64,000 bases of DNA from Thermoanaerobaculia bacterium (GTDB lineage: Bacteria > Acidobacteriota > Thermoanaerobaculia > UBA5066 > Gp7-AA6), in assembly GCA_035506175.1 (NCBI GenBank), contig DATJPZ010000078.1:12283-76282 (forward strand), read 5' to 3'. The position numbers were made by a program, and so were the translations under genes. The notes beneath the pieces are model-generated. The model ran no database searches. It was not told the DNA's origin and saw only the letters and a program-made list of their open reading frames with translations. Below, piece after piece: positions 1 through 8,101 of the stretch. Within the stretch, counting starts at the first letter, position 1. Every line of letters starts with the position of its first letter.

Positions 1-184
1 CGTAGCAGTCCTCCGTCCACGTGACGATCCGCGTCCCGGGCGCGACGTGCCTGACCGGCGCGACGCCGCCGAAAGTGTAGGCGAGCTCCTCGTGTCCGGG
101 AACGTAGCGAAGCACCGGCGGGTCGGCGGCGTAGAGTCCGATCGCGGCGCCGAAGACGACCGCGGCCCCGAGCGTTCTCCTCAT
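1..184 (-). CDS. N-terminal 61 codons of a secreted protein whose body lies left of the window (acetamidase/formamidase-like is only a guess)
   Basis: Hand translation of the reverse strand from ATG at 184..182: MRRTLGAAVVFGAAIGLYAADPPVLRYVPGHEELAYTFGGVAPVRHVAPGTRIVTWTEDCY. Hydrophobic signal-like start. Truncated by the window edge, so absent from the ORF track. Confidence 0.45.
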   Translation of the reverse strand, partial: MRRTLGAAVVFGAAIGLYAADPPVLRYVPGHEELAYTFGGVAPVRHVAPGTRIVTWTEDCY

Positions 185-270
185 GCGAGCCTCCTCGAGA
201 AAGCGGCATTATTTCGCGGACCCGAGCGAAGCGGGCCTGCTAATCTACCGGCCCAGGTCACGGGAGAACG

Positions 271-3039
271 ATGCGTCTGATGCTCCACGCCACGGCCGTC
301 CTTGCCGTCTGCGTCCTCCTGCCGGCGCGTCCGGCCGCCGCCGCCTCGCCGAGCCCGTACCAGGAGACGGGCGCCTCGATCGAGGCGCGCCAGAAAGCGG
401 CCGACGCGGTCCAGGGACCGCGCCTGGCGCCGCCGCGGCTGCTGGCCCCCGGCCGCGCCTCGCGGCGGACTAACGAATCCCCGCGCGGCTCGGCCTGGGT
501 CGAGCGCCCGACGGCGAAGCCGCGGCCCGGCGCGCCCCAGACGCTCGGCGTCGGCTTTCTCGGCGCGCACCTGGCGGACTCGAACGCCTTCCCGCCCGAC
601 ACCTCGGGCGCCGTCGGCCCGACGCAGTTCCTCGTCGGCGTCAACGGCCGGCTGCGCAGCTTCGACAAGACGACCGGCGCGAGCGACGGCGGCCTGAACG
701 CCGACACCGACACCTTCTTCGCCAGCGTCCGCAACGGCCAGCCGACCTTCTCGCCGCGCGTCCGGTACGACCGGACCTCCGGGCGCTGGATCGTCACGGC
801 GCTCAGCTTCGCTCCGTCGCTCGCGAGCAACCGCGTGCTGCTCGCGGTCTCCGGCAGCGGCCTGATCTCGAGCGGCAGCATCTGGACGTTTTTCTATTTC
901 GAGCACGACCTCGACTTCCCGGCCGGCGACACCGGCGACTTCTTCGACGTCGGCTCCCTCGGAGTGGACGCGAACGCCGTCGTCATCGGTGGCAACGTCT
1001 TCGACCAGACCACCGCGTTCGTGGGCACGAGCGTCCACGCCGTGCGCAAGAGCACGCTCCTGACGGGGGCGGGCGGCGACCTGTCGCCGGCCGGCGACGC
1101 GGTCGCGTTCCGCAACCTCACGGGAACTCCGGACGGCGTGGGCCCGTACACGCCGCAGGGCGTCGACAACCTCGCCGAGGCGGCGCCGACGTCGTCGTGG
1201 ATCATCGGCGTCAACAACGTCCTGCCCGTCACGAGCCAGCTCGTCCTGCGCGAACTCACCTACGGCGCGCCGGGCGCGTGGCCGCCGACCGCGCTCTCTG
1301 GAAACAAGATGCTCGACGTCCCGACGACCGCGCTGCCGTTGACGGTGCCGCACCTCGGCAACACGGGCGGCACCGACGGCGAGCTCGATGCCCTCGACGA
1401 CCGGCTCTTCGACGCCAAGTCCCGCGGCGGCCACGTCTGGACCGCGCACAACATCGCCGTGGACGCGACCGGAGCCGGCACCGACGCCGGCGACCGCGAC
1501 GGCGTCCGGTGGTACGAGATCGACGTCACCGGCGTCTCCCCGACGCTCGTCCAGTCGGGGACCCTCTTCGACGACGCGGCCTCGAACCCCCGCTTCTACT
1601 GGATGCCCTCGATCATGGTTTCGGGCCAGGGACACGCGGCGGTCGGCTCGAGCGCCGCCGGAGCGGCCGAGCGCGCCAACGCCGTCGCGGCCGGCCGCCT
1701 CGCCTCGGATCCGCCGGGCACGCTCGCCGCGCCGCTGCTCTTCACCGCGTCGAACACCGCCTACAATCCCGCCGCCGATCCCGGGCCGCCGCGCCGCTGG
1801 GGCGACTACTCGTTCACGAGCCTCGACCCGGACGACATGACGTTCTGGACGATCCAGGAGTACTGCGACGCGACCGACTCCTGGGGCGTGCGCGTCGCGC
1901 AGCTGCTCGCGCCGCCGCCCGCGACCCCGGTCAGCGCCGCGCCCTCGACCGTCGCGTCGGGGCAGGCCTCCGTCTCCGTCGTCGTCAGCGGCGTCTCCAC
2001 GGCCGGCGCCGGCTTCTACGACCCGGGGCCGGGGTACGCGAACCGTCTCACGGCGTCGCTCCCGAACGGCGTCACCGTCAACGGCGTCACGTTCACCGAC
2101 CCGACGACCGTCACGCTCGACCTGAACACCGTCGGCGCGCCGTTCGGCGGCCGGACCGTCACGCTCGTCAACCCCGACGGCCAGTCGCGCACGAGCGCGG
2201 CGCCGATCCTAACCCTGGCGGCCGCCGGCCCCGGCCCGACCGTCACCGCGATCGCCCCCGACTCGGGAGACGCCGCCACGAGTCACGCCGCCGTCCTCAC
2301 GGGCACCGCCTTCGTCGCCGGCGCGTCGGTCAGCGTGGGCGGAATTCCCGCGACGGGCGTGGACGTGACCGACGCGACCTCCGCCCACGTCACGACGCCC
2401 GCCCTCACGCCCGGGACGCTCAACGACGTCACGCTCGTCAACCCGGACACCCAGGGCGCGACCCTCTATGCCGCCTGGTTCGCCGACTTTCTCGACGTGC
2501 CCGACGGCGACCCGTTCCACGACTACGTCGAGCAGATCTTCCGCAACGGGATCACCGCGGGGTGCTCGGGCGGCAACTATTGCCGCAACGACTCCGTCAC
2601 GCGCGCGCAGATGGCCGTGTTCCTGCTGAAGTCCCGCTACGGCTCGACGCACGTACCACCCCCGTGCGCCAGCGTCTTCGACGACGTCGCCTGCCCGTCG
2701 CTCTTCGCCGACTGGATCGAGGAGCTGTACGCCCAGGGCGTGACCGGCGGCTGCAGCGCGAGCCCGCTCCTCTACTGCCCGGACCAGGCCGTGACCCGGG
2801 CGCAGATGGCCGTCTTCCTGCTCAAGGGCTCGCTCGGCTCGAGCTACGCGCCTCCCAACTGCACCGGGCTCGTCTTCGCCGACGTTCCGTGCACGGGCGG
2901 ACCGTTCGATCCGTGGATCGAGGATCTGGCCGACCGAGGAATCACCGGCGGGTGCGGCGGCGGCGACTACTGCCCCGCCTCGCCCGTCACGCGCGGCCAG
3001 ATGGCGGTGTTCCTGACGAAAGCGTTCGGCCTGCCTTAA
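271..3039 (+). CDS. Large secreted surface protein: signal peptide, N-terminal propeller-like region, IPT/TIG-like Ig segments, three C-terminal Cys-rich SLH-like repeats
   Basis: ORF track, 922 aa. N-terminus MRLMLHATAVLAVCVLLPARPAAAA is signal-like, with gggaga upstream of the ATG. RWGDYSFTSLDPDDMTFWTIQEY resembles sialidase-fold propeller proteins (tentative). PTVTAIAPDSG...VTLVNPD looks IPT/TIG-like. The C-terminus has 3 x [GITGGCxxxxYCPxxPVTRxQMAVFL]. Confidence 0.85.
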   Translation: MRLMLHATAVLAVCVLLPARPAAAASPSPYQETGASIEARQKAADAVQGPRLAPPRLLAPGRASRRTNESPRGSAWVERPTAKPRPGAPQTLGVGFLGAHLADSNAFPPDTSGAVGPTQFLVGVNGRLRSFDKTTGASDGGLNADTDTFFASVRNGQPTFSPRVRYDRTSGRWIVTALSFAPSLASNRVLLAVSGSGLISSGSIWTFFYFEHDLDFPAGDTGDFFDVGSLGVDANAVVIGGNVFDQTTAFVGTSVHAVRKSTLLTGAGGDLSPAGDAVAFRNLTGTPDGVGPYTPQGVDNLAEAAPTSSWIIGVNNVLPVTSQLVLRELTYGAPGAWPPTALSGNKMLDVPTTALPLTVPHLGNTGGTDGELDALDDRLFDAKSRGGHVWTAHNIAVDATGAGTDAGDRDGVRWYEIDVTGVSPTLVQSGTLFDDAASNPRFYWMPSIMVSGQGHAAVGSSAAGAAERANAVAAGRLASDPPGTLAAPLLFTASNTAYNPAADPGPPRRWGDYSFTSLDPDDMTFWTIQEYCDATDSWGVRVAQLLAPPPATPVSAAPSTVASGQASVSVVVSGVSTAGAGFYDPGPGYANRLTASLPNGVTVNGVTFTDPTTVTLDLNTVGAPFGGRTVTLVNPDGQSRTSAAPILTLAAAGPGPTVTAIAPDSGDAATSHAAVLTGTAFVAGASVSVGGIPATGVDVTDATSAHVTTPALTPGTLNDVTLVNPDTQGATLYAAWFADFLDVPDGDPFHDYVEQIFRNGITAGCSGGNYCRNDSVTRAQMAVFLLKSRYGSTHVPPPCASVFDDVACPSLFADWIEELYAQGVTGGCSASPLLYCPDQAVTRAQMAVFLLKGSLGSSYAPPNCTGLVFADVPCTGGPFDPWIEDLADRGITGGCGGGDYCPASPVTRGQMAVFLTKAFGLP
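2479..3036 (+). other. Protein-level module: three tandem ~60-aa Cys-rich SLH-like repeats (C-terminus of 271..3039)
   Basis: FADFLDVPDGDPFHDYVEQIFRNGITAGCSGGNYCRNDSVTRAQMAVFLLK / VFDDVACPSLFADWIEELYAQGVTGGCSASPLLYCPDQAVTRAQMAVFLLK / VFADVPCTGGPFDPWIEDLADRGITGGCGGGDYCPASPVTRGQMAVFLTK. 10 conserved Cys. Confidence 0.7.
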
Positions 3040-3046
3040 AGAATTT

Positions 3047-3087
3047 CTCCCGCTCCCCCATCAGGGAGAGAGGGCGGGGTGAGGGGG
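3047..3087. repeat. GC-rich ~40-nt intergenic element, family 1, copy 1 (inverted relative to 7927..7968)
   Basis: ctcccgctcccccatcagggagagagggcggggtgagggg. Its reverse complement aligns with ccccctcaccccgaccctctccccccttcggggggcgaggag at 7927..7968 (about 33 of 40 positions by eye). Lies between convergent genes. Confidence 0.6.
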
Positions 3088-3102
3088 ACTCAGTCCCGAC
3101 GC

Positions 3103-3759
3103 TCAGTATCCCTGGAGCAGCGTCGTCCCCGGCCGCTTGTATTCGCGGCTGGTGCCGTTGCGGCTCTGGATGACGAGGCGCCCGTCCTCGAAGCGGAACG
3201 GGTACTCGCCCGACGGTTGATCCTGCATCGTGACCGTGAGCCTGTCGCCCGCGACCGAGTACCGGCCGCGCAGCGTCACGACGGGGAGACGGTTGTACAT
3301 CTTGTCGTTGGTGAACTCCCGGTAGGACGTCAGCGTCTCGAGAAAGAGGAAGCACCACCGCCCGACGATCGGCGATCCCTCCCGCGGCGCGGCGCCGATG
3401 CGCTCGGACCACGTGTCGCCGCTGTCGTCGTCCGACTTCTCCAGGAATCGCGCGTTTCCCTCGAACTCGACGTGCGTCTCGACCTCCGAGACCTTGCCGG
3501 TCGCCGGGTCCTTCCACGTCGTGATCAGCCGGTCGTCCACGATGCGGTAGTCCGCCTCCGCCATCGAGGCCGAGATCTGAGTGACGCGGCCATCGGGATG
3601 GAACTCCAGGATATTGCCCACGCCCTCGGGCGTGCGCGCGACCGATTCCCACTGGCCGAGGAGCGCGACCGAAGGCGAGGGCGCCGGCGTCGGCGCGGGC
3701 GGCGCGCCGAGCAGCAGGGTAAACGCCGACACGACAAACATCGGAGCCATTCCTTTCAC
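3103..3759 (-). CDS. Secreted/periplasmic hypothetical protein
   Basis: ORF track, 218 aa. N-terminus MKGMAPMFVVSAFTLLLGAPPAPTPAPSP is signal-like. Non-repetitive, normal amino-acid composition. No family recognised. Confidence 0.7.
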   Translation of the reverse strand: MKGMAPMFVVSAFTLLLGAPPAPTPAPSPSVALLGQWESVARTPEGVGNILEFHPDGRVTQISASMAEADYRIVDDRLITTWKDPATGKVSEVETHVEFEGNARFLEKSDDDSGDTWSERIGAAPREGSPIVGRWCFLFLETLTSYREFTNDKMYNRLPVVTLRGRYSVAGDRLTVTMQDQPSGEYPFRFEDGRLVIQSRNGTSREYKRPGTTLLQGY

Positions 3760-3802
3760 CCGAGATTCAGGAGGCGCGAAGATACTCCGACCCGTCCCGG
3801 AA

Positions 3803-3847
3803 TGTCACCGCGAGCGCCGCGGCCCTGACACGCCGTGTCCGGTGACA
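3803..3847. promoter_or_regulatory. Nested inverted repeats in the divergent promoter region between 3759 and 3960
   Basis: tgtcaccg (3803..3810) pairs with cggtgaca (3840..3847). Inner palindrome gacacgccgtgtc at 3827..3839. Function unknown. Confidence 0.25.
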
Positions 3848-3959
3848 GGCGTCACGCCCGCGAAGCCGTTGAGCCTCCTATCCTTCGTCGAGGCCTTCCG
3901 GTGGCCCCGTCCTTGCGAAGAAGTCGGGTCATCGGGAGCCCTGTCTCGATCAGGAGGCC

Positions 3960-5822
3960 ATGATGATCCGGACCATGCGACGCACCGTCCTCTTCGGGTT
4001 CGCGGCCCTGGCCGCCGCCTTCGCGGCGACCGCGGCGACGATCCCGAGCCGAAGCCCCTACCACCCCGCGGCCGCGCCCTCGACCGCGGCGCGCCTCGCG
4101 GCTCCCGGCCAGGAGGGCCTCGACTTCGACGCCACCCTCCTTCCGGCGCTTCGCGACCACGCGACGCGCGTCCTCGAAATGGACGGATTCCCCGTCGCGC
4201 CGGGCGCGACCGGAAAGGTCCGCCTCCATCGGTTCGAAATCGCGACCCCGGGCGCTCAGATGACGATCGAGGGACCCGACGGCGTGACCTCCCGTCCTCT
4301 GCCGGAGATCTCGCATTTCGCCGGCGTCGTCGAAGGCGAGCCCGACTCCTCGGTCTACCTCGCGGCCACGAAGGACGGCGTGGTCGCCTGGGTCCACTCC
4401 CGGCTCGGCCACGCTTACGTTGGTCCGGACGAGTCCGGCCGGTCCTTCGTCGTCCGCGACGGGGACTCCCCGCTGAACGCGGCCGCGAGCACGCAGCCGT
4501 GGGTCTGCCAGGCCGAGAACCTGCCCGCGGCGTTGTCCACGCCGGCGCCGTCGAGCATTCCGGCCCCGCAGCTGCCCGACGTCACGTTCAAGCAGGCGTC
4601 CGTCCGTGTCGAGACCGACTACCAGCTCTACCAGCACTTCGGCGGCGACGCCGACGCGATGTCGACCTACGTGATGACTCTCTTCGGCGCGGTCAACGTG
4701 ATCTACACGCGCGATCTCTCCCTCTATCTCGCCGTCTCGGAGATCCACGTCTGGAGCACGCCGGATCCGTACACGGGCGGTGACACGCTCACGCAGCTCT
4801 ACCAGCTCGGCACCTGGTGGCACGCCAACAAGCCGATCGCCTCGAACCCTCGGACTTACGTCCACTACCTCAGCGGTCACCCGGTCGCGGGCGGCATCGC
4901 GTGGGTCGACGTGCTCTGCTCCGGCGACTTCCAGGCCACCGCCACGCAGTGGGGCGGCGGCTACGGCCTGACTCAGGTCTTCGGCACATATCCGCTCCAG
5001 CTCTGGGACCAGGACGCCTCCGCACACGAGATGGGACACAACGTCGGCTCCGTGCACACGCACTGCTACGCGCCGCCGATCGACCACTGCTACAGCGGAG
5101 AGCAGGGCTGCTACTCCGGCCCGGTCGAGAACCCGGGTCTCGGCAACGGCACGATCATGAGCTACTGCCATCTCCTCGGCTGGCAGTACATGTCGCTCGT
5201 CTTTCACCCCCGCTGCATCTCCGAGCAGATGATGCCCGGCATCAACGGCGCTTCGTGCCTGACCACGCCCGGCATCTTCGCGGACGTCCTGCCCTCGGAC
5301 CCGTTCCTCTCCTACATCGACACCGTCTACAACGACGGCATCACGGGCGGCTGCGGCACCGATCCCCTCATCTACTGCCCGACCTCTCCCGTCACGCGGG
5401 CCCAGATGGCCGTGTTTCTCCTGAAGGCGATTCACGGCTCGTCCTACGCGCCGCCGGCCTGCGCCGGACTCTTCACCGACGTGCCGTGCTCGAACGGGTT
5501 CGCCCCGTGGATCGAGGAGCTCGCCGCGGAGGGCGTCACGGCCGGGTGCGGCACCGGCACCTACTGCCCGAACGACCCCGTGACGCGCCAGCAGATGGCG
5601 GCCTTCCTCCTGAAGGCCGAGCACGGCTCGTCCTACACGCCGCCGGCCTGCGCGGCCAACCCCTTCGCGGACGTCGCGTGCCCCGGTACTTTCACGAACT
5701 GGATCCAGCAGCTCGTCGCCGAGGCCGTCACGGGCGGCTGCGGCGGCGGCGACTACTGCCCCACGAGCCCGGTCACGCGGGGCCAGATGGCCGTGTTTCT
5801 CGTCAAGACGTTCGGGCTGTAA
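3960..5822 (+). CDS. Secreted metzincin-type zinc metalloprotease (reprolysin-like) with three C-terminal Cys-rich SLH-like repeats
   Basis: ORF track, 620 aa. aggagg RBS directly upstream. Signal peptide MMIRTMRRTVLFGFAALAAAFAATAA. HEMGHNVGSVH (HExxHxxGxxH) followed by GTIMSYC (Met-turn-like). The C-terminal triple repeat is homologous to that of 271..3039. Confidence 0.85.
   Translation: MMIRTMRRTVLFGFAALAAAFAATAATIPSRSPYHPAAAPSTAARLAAPGQEGLDFDATLLPALRDHATRVLEMDGFPVAPGATGKVRLHRFEIATPGAQMTIEGPDGVTSRPLPEISHFAGVVEGEPDSSVYLAATKDGVVAWVHSRLGHAYVGPDESGRSFVVRDGDSPLNAAASTQPWVCQAENLPAALSTPAPSSIPAPQLPDVTFKQASVRVETDYQLYQHFGGDADAMSTYVMTLFGAVNVIYTRDLSLYLAVSEIHVWSTPDPYTGGDTLTQLYQLGTWWHANKPIASNPRTYVHYLSGHPVAGGIAWVDVLCSGDFQATATQWGGGYGLTQVFGTYPLQLWDQDASAHEMGHNVGSVHTHCYAPPIDHCYSGEQGCYSGPVENPGLGNGTIMSYCHLLGWQYMSLVFHPRCISEQMMPGINGASCLTTPGIFADVLPSDPFLSYIDTVYNDGITGGCGTDPLIYCPTSPVTRAQMAVFLLKAIHGSSYAPPACAGLFTDVPCSNGFAPWIEELAAEGVTAGCGTGTYCPNDPVTRQQMAAFLLKAEHGSSYTPPACAANPFADVACPGTFTNWIQQLVAEAVTGGCGGGDYCPTSPVTRGQMAVFLVKTFGL
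5277..5819 (+). other. Protein-level module: three tandem Cys-rich SLH-like repeats (C-terminus of 3960..5822)
   Basis: FADVLPSDPFLSYIDTVYNDGITGGCGTDPLIYCPTSPVTRAQMAVFLLK / LFTDVPCSNGFAPWIEELAAEGVTAGCGTGTYCPNDPVTRQQMAAFLLK / PFADVACPGTFTNWIQQLVAEAVTGGCGGGDYCPTSPVTRGQMAVFLVK. Confidence 0.7.
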
Positions 5823-5841
5823 GGGGTAAATTAGCCCGCGC

Positions 5842-6507
5842 ATGCGGGCTCTGGTTCTCGAGGACGACGACCGGCTGCGGTCGCTCGTCGTCCGCACGCT
5901 CGGCCGCGGCGGCCTCGCCTGCGACGAGTCGAGAAAGATCGAGGAGGCCGAGGAGCTGCTCGAGCTCCACGAGTACGACCTGCTCGTCCTCGACCGCCGG
6001 CTCCCGGACGGCGACGGCCTCGACGTCTGCCGCCGCGCGCGGGCGCGGGGCTTTCGCCGCTCGATCCTGATGCTGACCGCGATGGACCAGGCCGAGGACG
6101 AGATCGAGGGCCTCTCGCAGGGCGCCGACGACTATCTCGGCAAGCCCTTCGACCTCGAGGTGCTCGCCGCCCGGGCGCGCGCCCTTTTGCGGCGCAACGA
6201 AACGCGGGCGCCGAAAGAGCTGGTCCTCGGCGACCTGAGGCTCGATCCGGGACGCCGGGCGGCGTGGCGCGGCGCCGAGCCGCTCAAGCTGACCTCCCGC
6301 GAGTTCACGATCCTCGAGCTCCTGATGCAGACGCCGGGCGCCGTCGTCTCGCGCGAGGAGATCCTCGAGCAGGCGTGGGGCGAGCGCGAGGAGCCGATGT
6401 CGAACACGATCGACGTTCTCGTCGGCCGCCTGCGCCGCAAGCTCGACCGGCCGAAGCAGCCCTCGCGCATCGAGACGGTCCGCGGCAGCGGCTACCGGTT
6501 GAAGTGA
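5842..6507 (+). CDS. OmpR-family response regulator (receiver + winged-helix DNA-binding domain)
   Basis: ORF track, 221 aa. Receiver motifs: MRALVLEDDDRL...DLLVLDRRLPDGDGL...LMLTA...DDYLGKPF. C-terminal LTSREFTILELL...VRGSGYRL. Confidence 0.93.
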   Translation: MRALVLEDDDRLRSLVVRTLGRGGLACDESRKIEEAEELLELHEYDLLVLDRRLPDGDGLDVCRRARARGFRRSILMLTAMDQAEDEIEGLSQGADDYLGKPFDLEVLAARARALLRRNETRAPKELVLGDLRLDPGRRAAWRGAEPLKLTSREFTILELLMQTPGAVVSREEILEQAWGEREEPMSNTIDVLVGRLRRKLDRPKQPSRIETVRGSGYRLK

Positions 6508-7913
6508 AGTTCCTCTCGCTCGAGCGCGCCCGCACCCGCCTGGCGCTGGCCGGGGCGCTCGTGACCGTTCTCTTCCTCGCCGCGCTCGCCGTCGGCGCGC
6601 GCACGTTGATCCGCAAGCTCGCCTTCGAGGAAATCGACGGCGAGCTCGACACGCTCGCGATCGCCATCGGCTCCGACTACGAGCTCGTCGGCCTGTCCGA
6701 GGAGGAACGCCAGGCGCTGAAAGCCGGCCTCGAGGCGAACATGTTCGAGTTCCGTCTCGCCAACCACTCGGCGATCCTCTTCAACGGGGACGTGCCGGTG
6801 GCCCTGACCGGCGACCTGCTGCGGACGCACGAGCGCGTCGTCCTCGACCCGTACCGCGACCGCCCGGAGATTCCGTACACGGCGATCGAGCCCTACAGCG
6901 GCCAGCACCGGACCTGCCGCTTTCTGGTGACACACCTCCAGGGCAAGGCCAAGGGCGCCACGCTCGTCGTCTTCCGGTGGATCGGTCCGACGATGCGCTC
7001 GTTGTCCCGCGTGGACACCGCGCTTTCGGGGATGGTCGTCTTCGGCTTCCTCGGGACGGCCGTCATCCTCGCCCTCGTCGTGCGCCGCGCGATCCGCCCG
7101 GTCGAGGAAGTCACGCGCCTGGCCGAGGAGGCCGAGGCGACGGACCTCTCGCGCCGCGTCCAGATCTCCGGCGGCGAAGAATTCCGGCGCCTGGCGGCCG
7201 TCATCAACTCCCTCTTCGACCGTCTCGAGAGGGCTTTCCGCGCGCAGCGGCGCCTCGTCGCCGATGCCGCCCACGAGCTGAAGACGCCGACGGCCGTGCT
7301 CGTCGGCGAGGCGCAGGACGCGCTCCGCCCGGACGCGACGGACGCCGAGCGCCGCCGCTCGCTCCAGACGATCGCCGACGCGTCGAAGGGGCTCGCCCGC
7401 GAGGTGGACGGCCTGCTGCTCCTCGCCCGCGGCGACGCGGCTCCGCCGCGCCGCATCGAGGACCTCGACCTCTACGAGATCGCCGAAGACGCGGTCTCCA
7501 CCGCCGCCGCCCTCGGCGCCCGGCGGCGCGTCGTCTGCGCGCTTTCGAAGAGCGGCGACACGCGCCTGCGCGGCGAGCGGGGAGGGCTCATGCGCCTCGT
7601 GTCGAACCTCGTCTCGAACGCCGTGATCTACACCGGGGCGGACACGATGGTCGAAGTGCGCGTGGCCGGCGAAAAGGACCGCGTGTTCATCGACGTCGCC
7701 GACCGCGGGCCGGGCGTGGCGCGCGAGGACCGGGAGCGGATCTTCGAGCGGTTCGTGCGCCTGGACGAGACCCGCGCGAAGAACCCGCAGGGTTCGGGCC
7801 TGGGCCTGGCGATCGTCGACCAGGTCGTCGCCGCCCACGGCGGTTCCGTCGAGGTCCGCGAGCACGACGGCGGCGGCGCCGTTTTTCGCGTGTCGCTGCC
7901 GAGGACTGCCTGA
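6504..7913 (+). CDS. Sensor histidine kinase (two TM segments, HAMP, HisKA, HATPase_c)
   Basis: In-frame GTG at 6504 overlaps the regulator stop (GTGA). VKFLSLERARTRLALAGALVTVLFLAA is TM1. H-box ADAAHELKTPTA. N/G boxes SNLVSNAVIYT, DRGPGV, GSGLGLAIV. The ORF-track start at 6264 is rejected because it overlaps the regulator. Confidence 0.88.
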   Translation: MKFLSLERARTRLALAGALVTVLFLAALAVGARTLIRKLAFEEIDGELDTLAIAIGSDYELVGLSEEERQALKAGLEANMFEFRLANHSAILFNGDVPVALTGDLLRTHERVVLDPYRDRPEIPYTAIEPYSGQHRTCRFLVTHLQGKAKGATLVVFRWIGPTMRSLSRVDTALSGMVVFGFLGTAVILALVVRRAIRPVEEVTRLAEEAEATDLSRRVQISGGEEFRRLAAVINSLFDRLERAFRAQRRLVADAAHELKTPTAVLVGEAQDALRPDATDAERRRSLQTIADASKGLAREVDGLLLLARGDAAPPRRIEDLDLYEIAEDAVSTAAALGARRRVVCALSKSGDTRLRGERGGLMRLVSNLVSNAVIYTGADTMVEVRVAGEKDRVFIDVADRGPGVAREDRERIFERFVRLDETRAKNPQGSGLGLAIVDQVVAAHGGSVEVREHDGGGAVFRVSLPRTA

Positions 7914-7926
7914 GGCGGGAGAGAGC

Positions 7927-7968
7927 CCCCCTCACCCCGACCCTCTCCCCCCTTCGGGGGGCGAGGAG
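7927..7968. repeat. GC-rich ~40-nt intergenic element, family 1, copy 2
   Basis: ccccctcaccccgaccctctccccccttcggggggcgaggag, with a short CCCCCC-ttc-GGGGGG hairpin. Lies between the convergent kinase gene and the sulfatase-fold gene. Confidence 0.6.
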
Positions 7969-8101
7969 GCATGCCTGTCGTCGCGCCTTGCTCGTTCCGT
8001 GGTTCGCGGCACGCGGAGTCTCCCGAAGGAACCGGGGGAGGAGCCGCGCGCCGGTGCGTGCCGCGTTGGCACGCAGCCCCCCGAGCGAGCGGAGGCGACG
8101 G

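Noticed and set aside
6264-6503. Longer N-terminal extension of the histidine kinase suggested by the ORF track
   Set aside because: It would overlap the response-regulator gene by 240 nt in another frame. The GTG at 6504, with a GTGA overlap and an immediate TM helix, is the better start.
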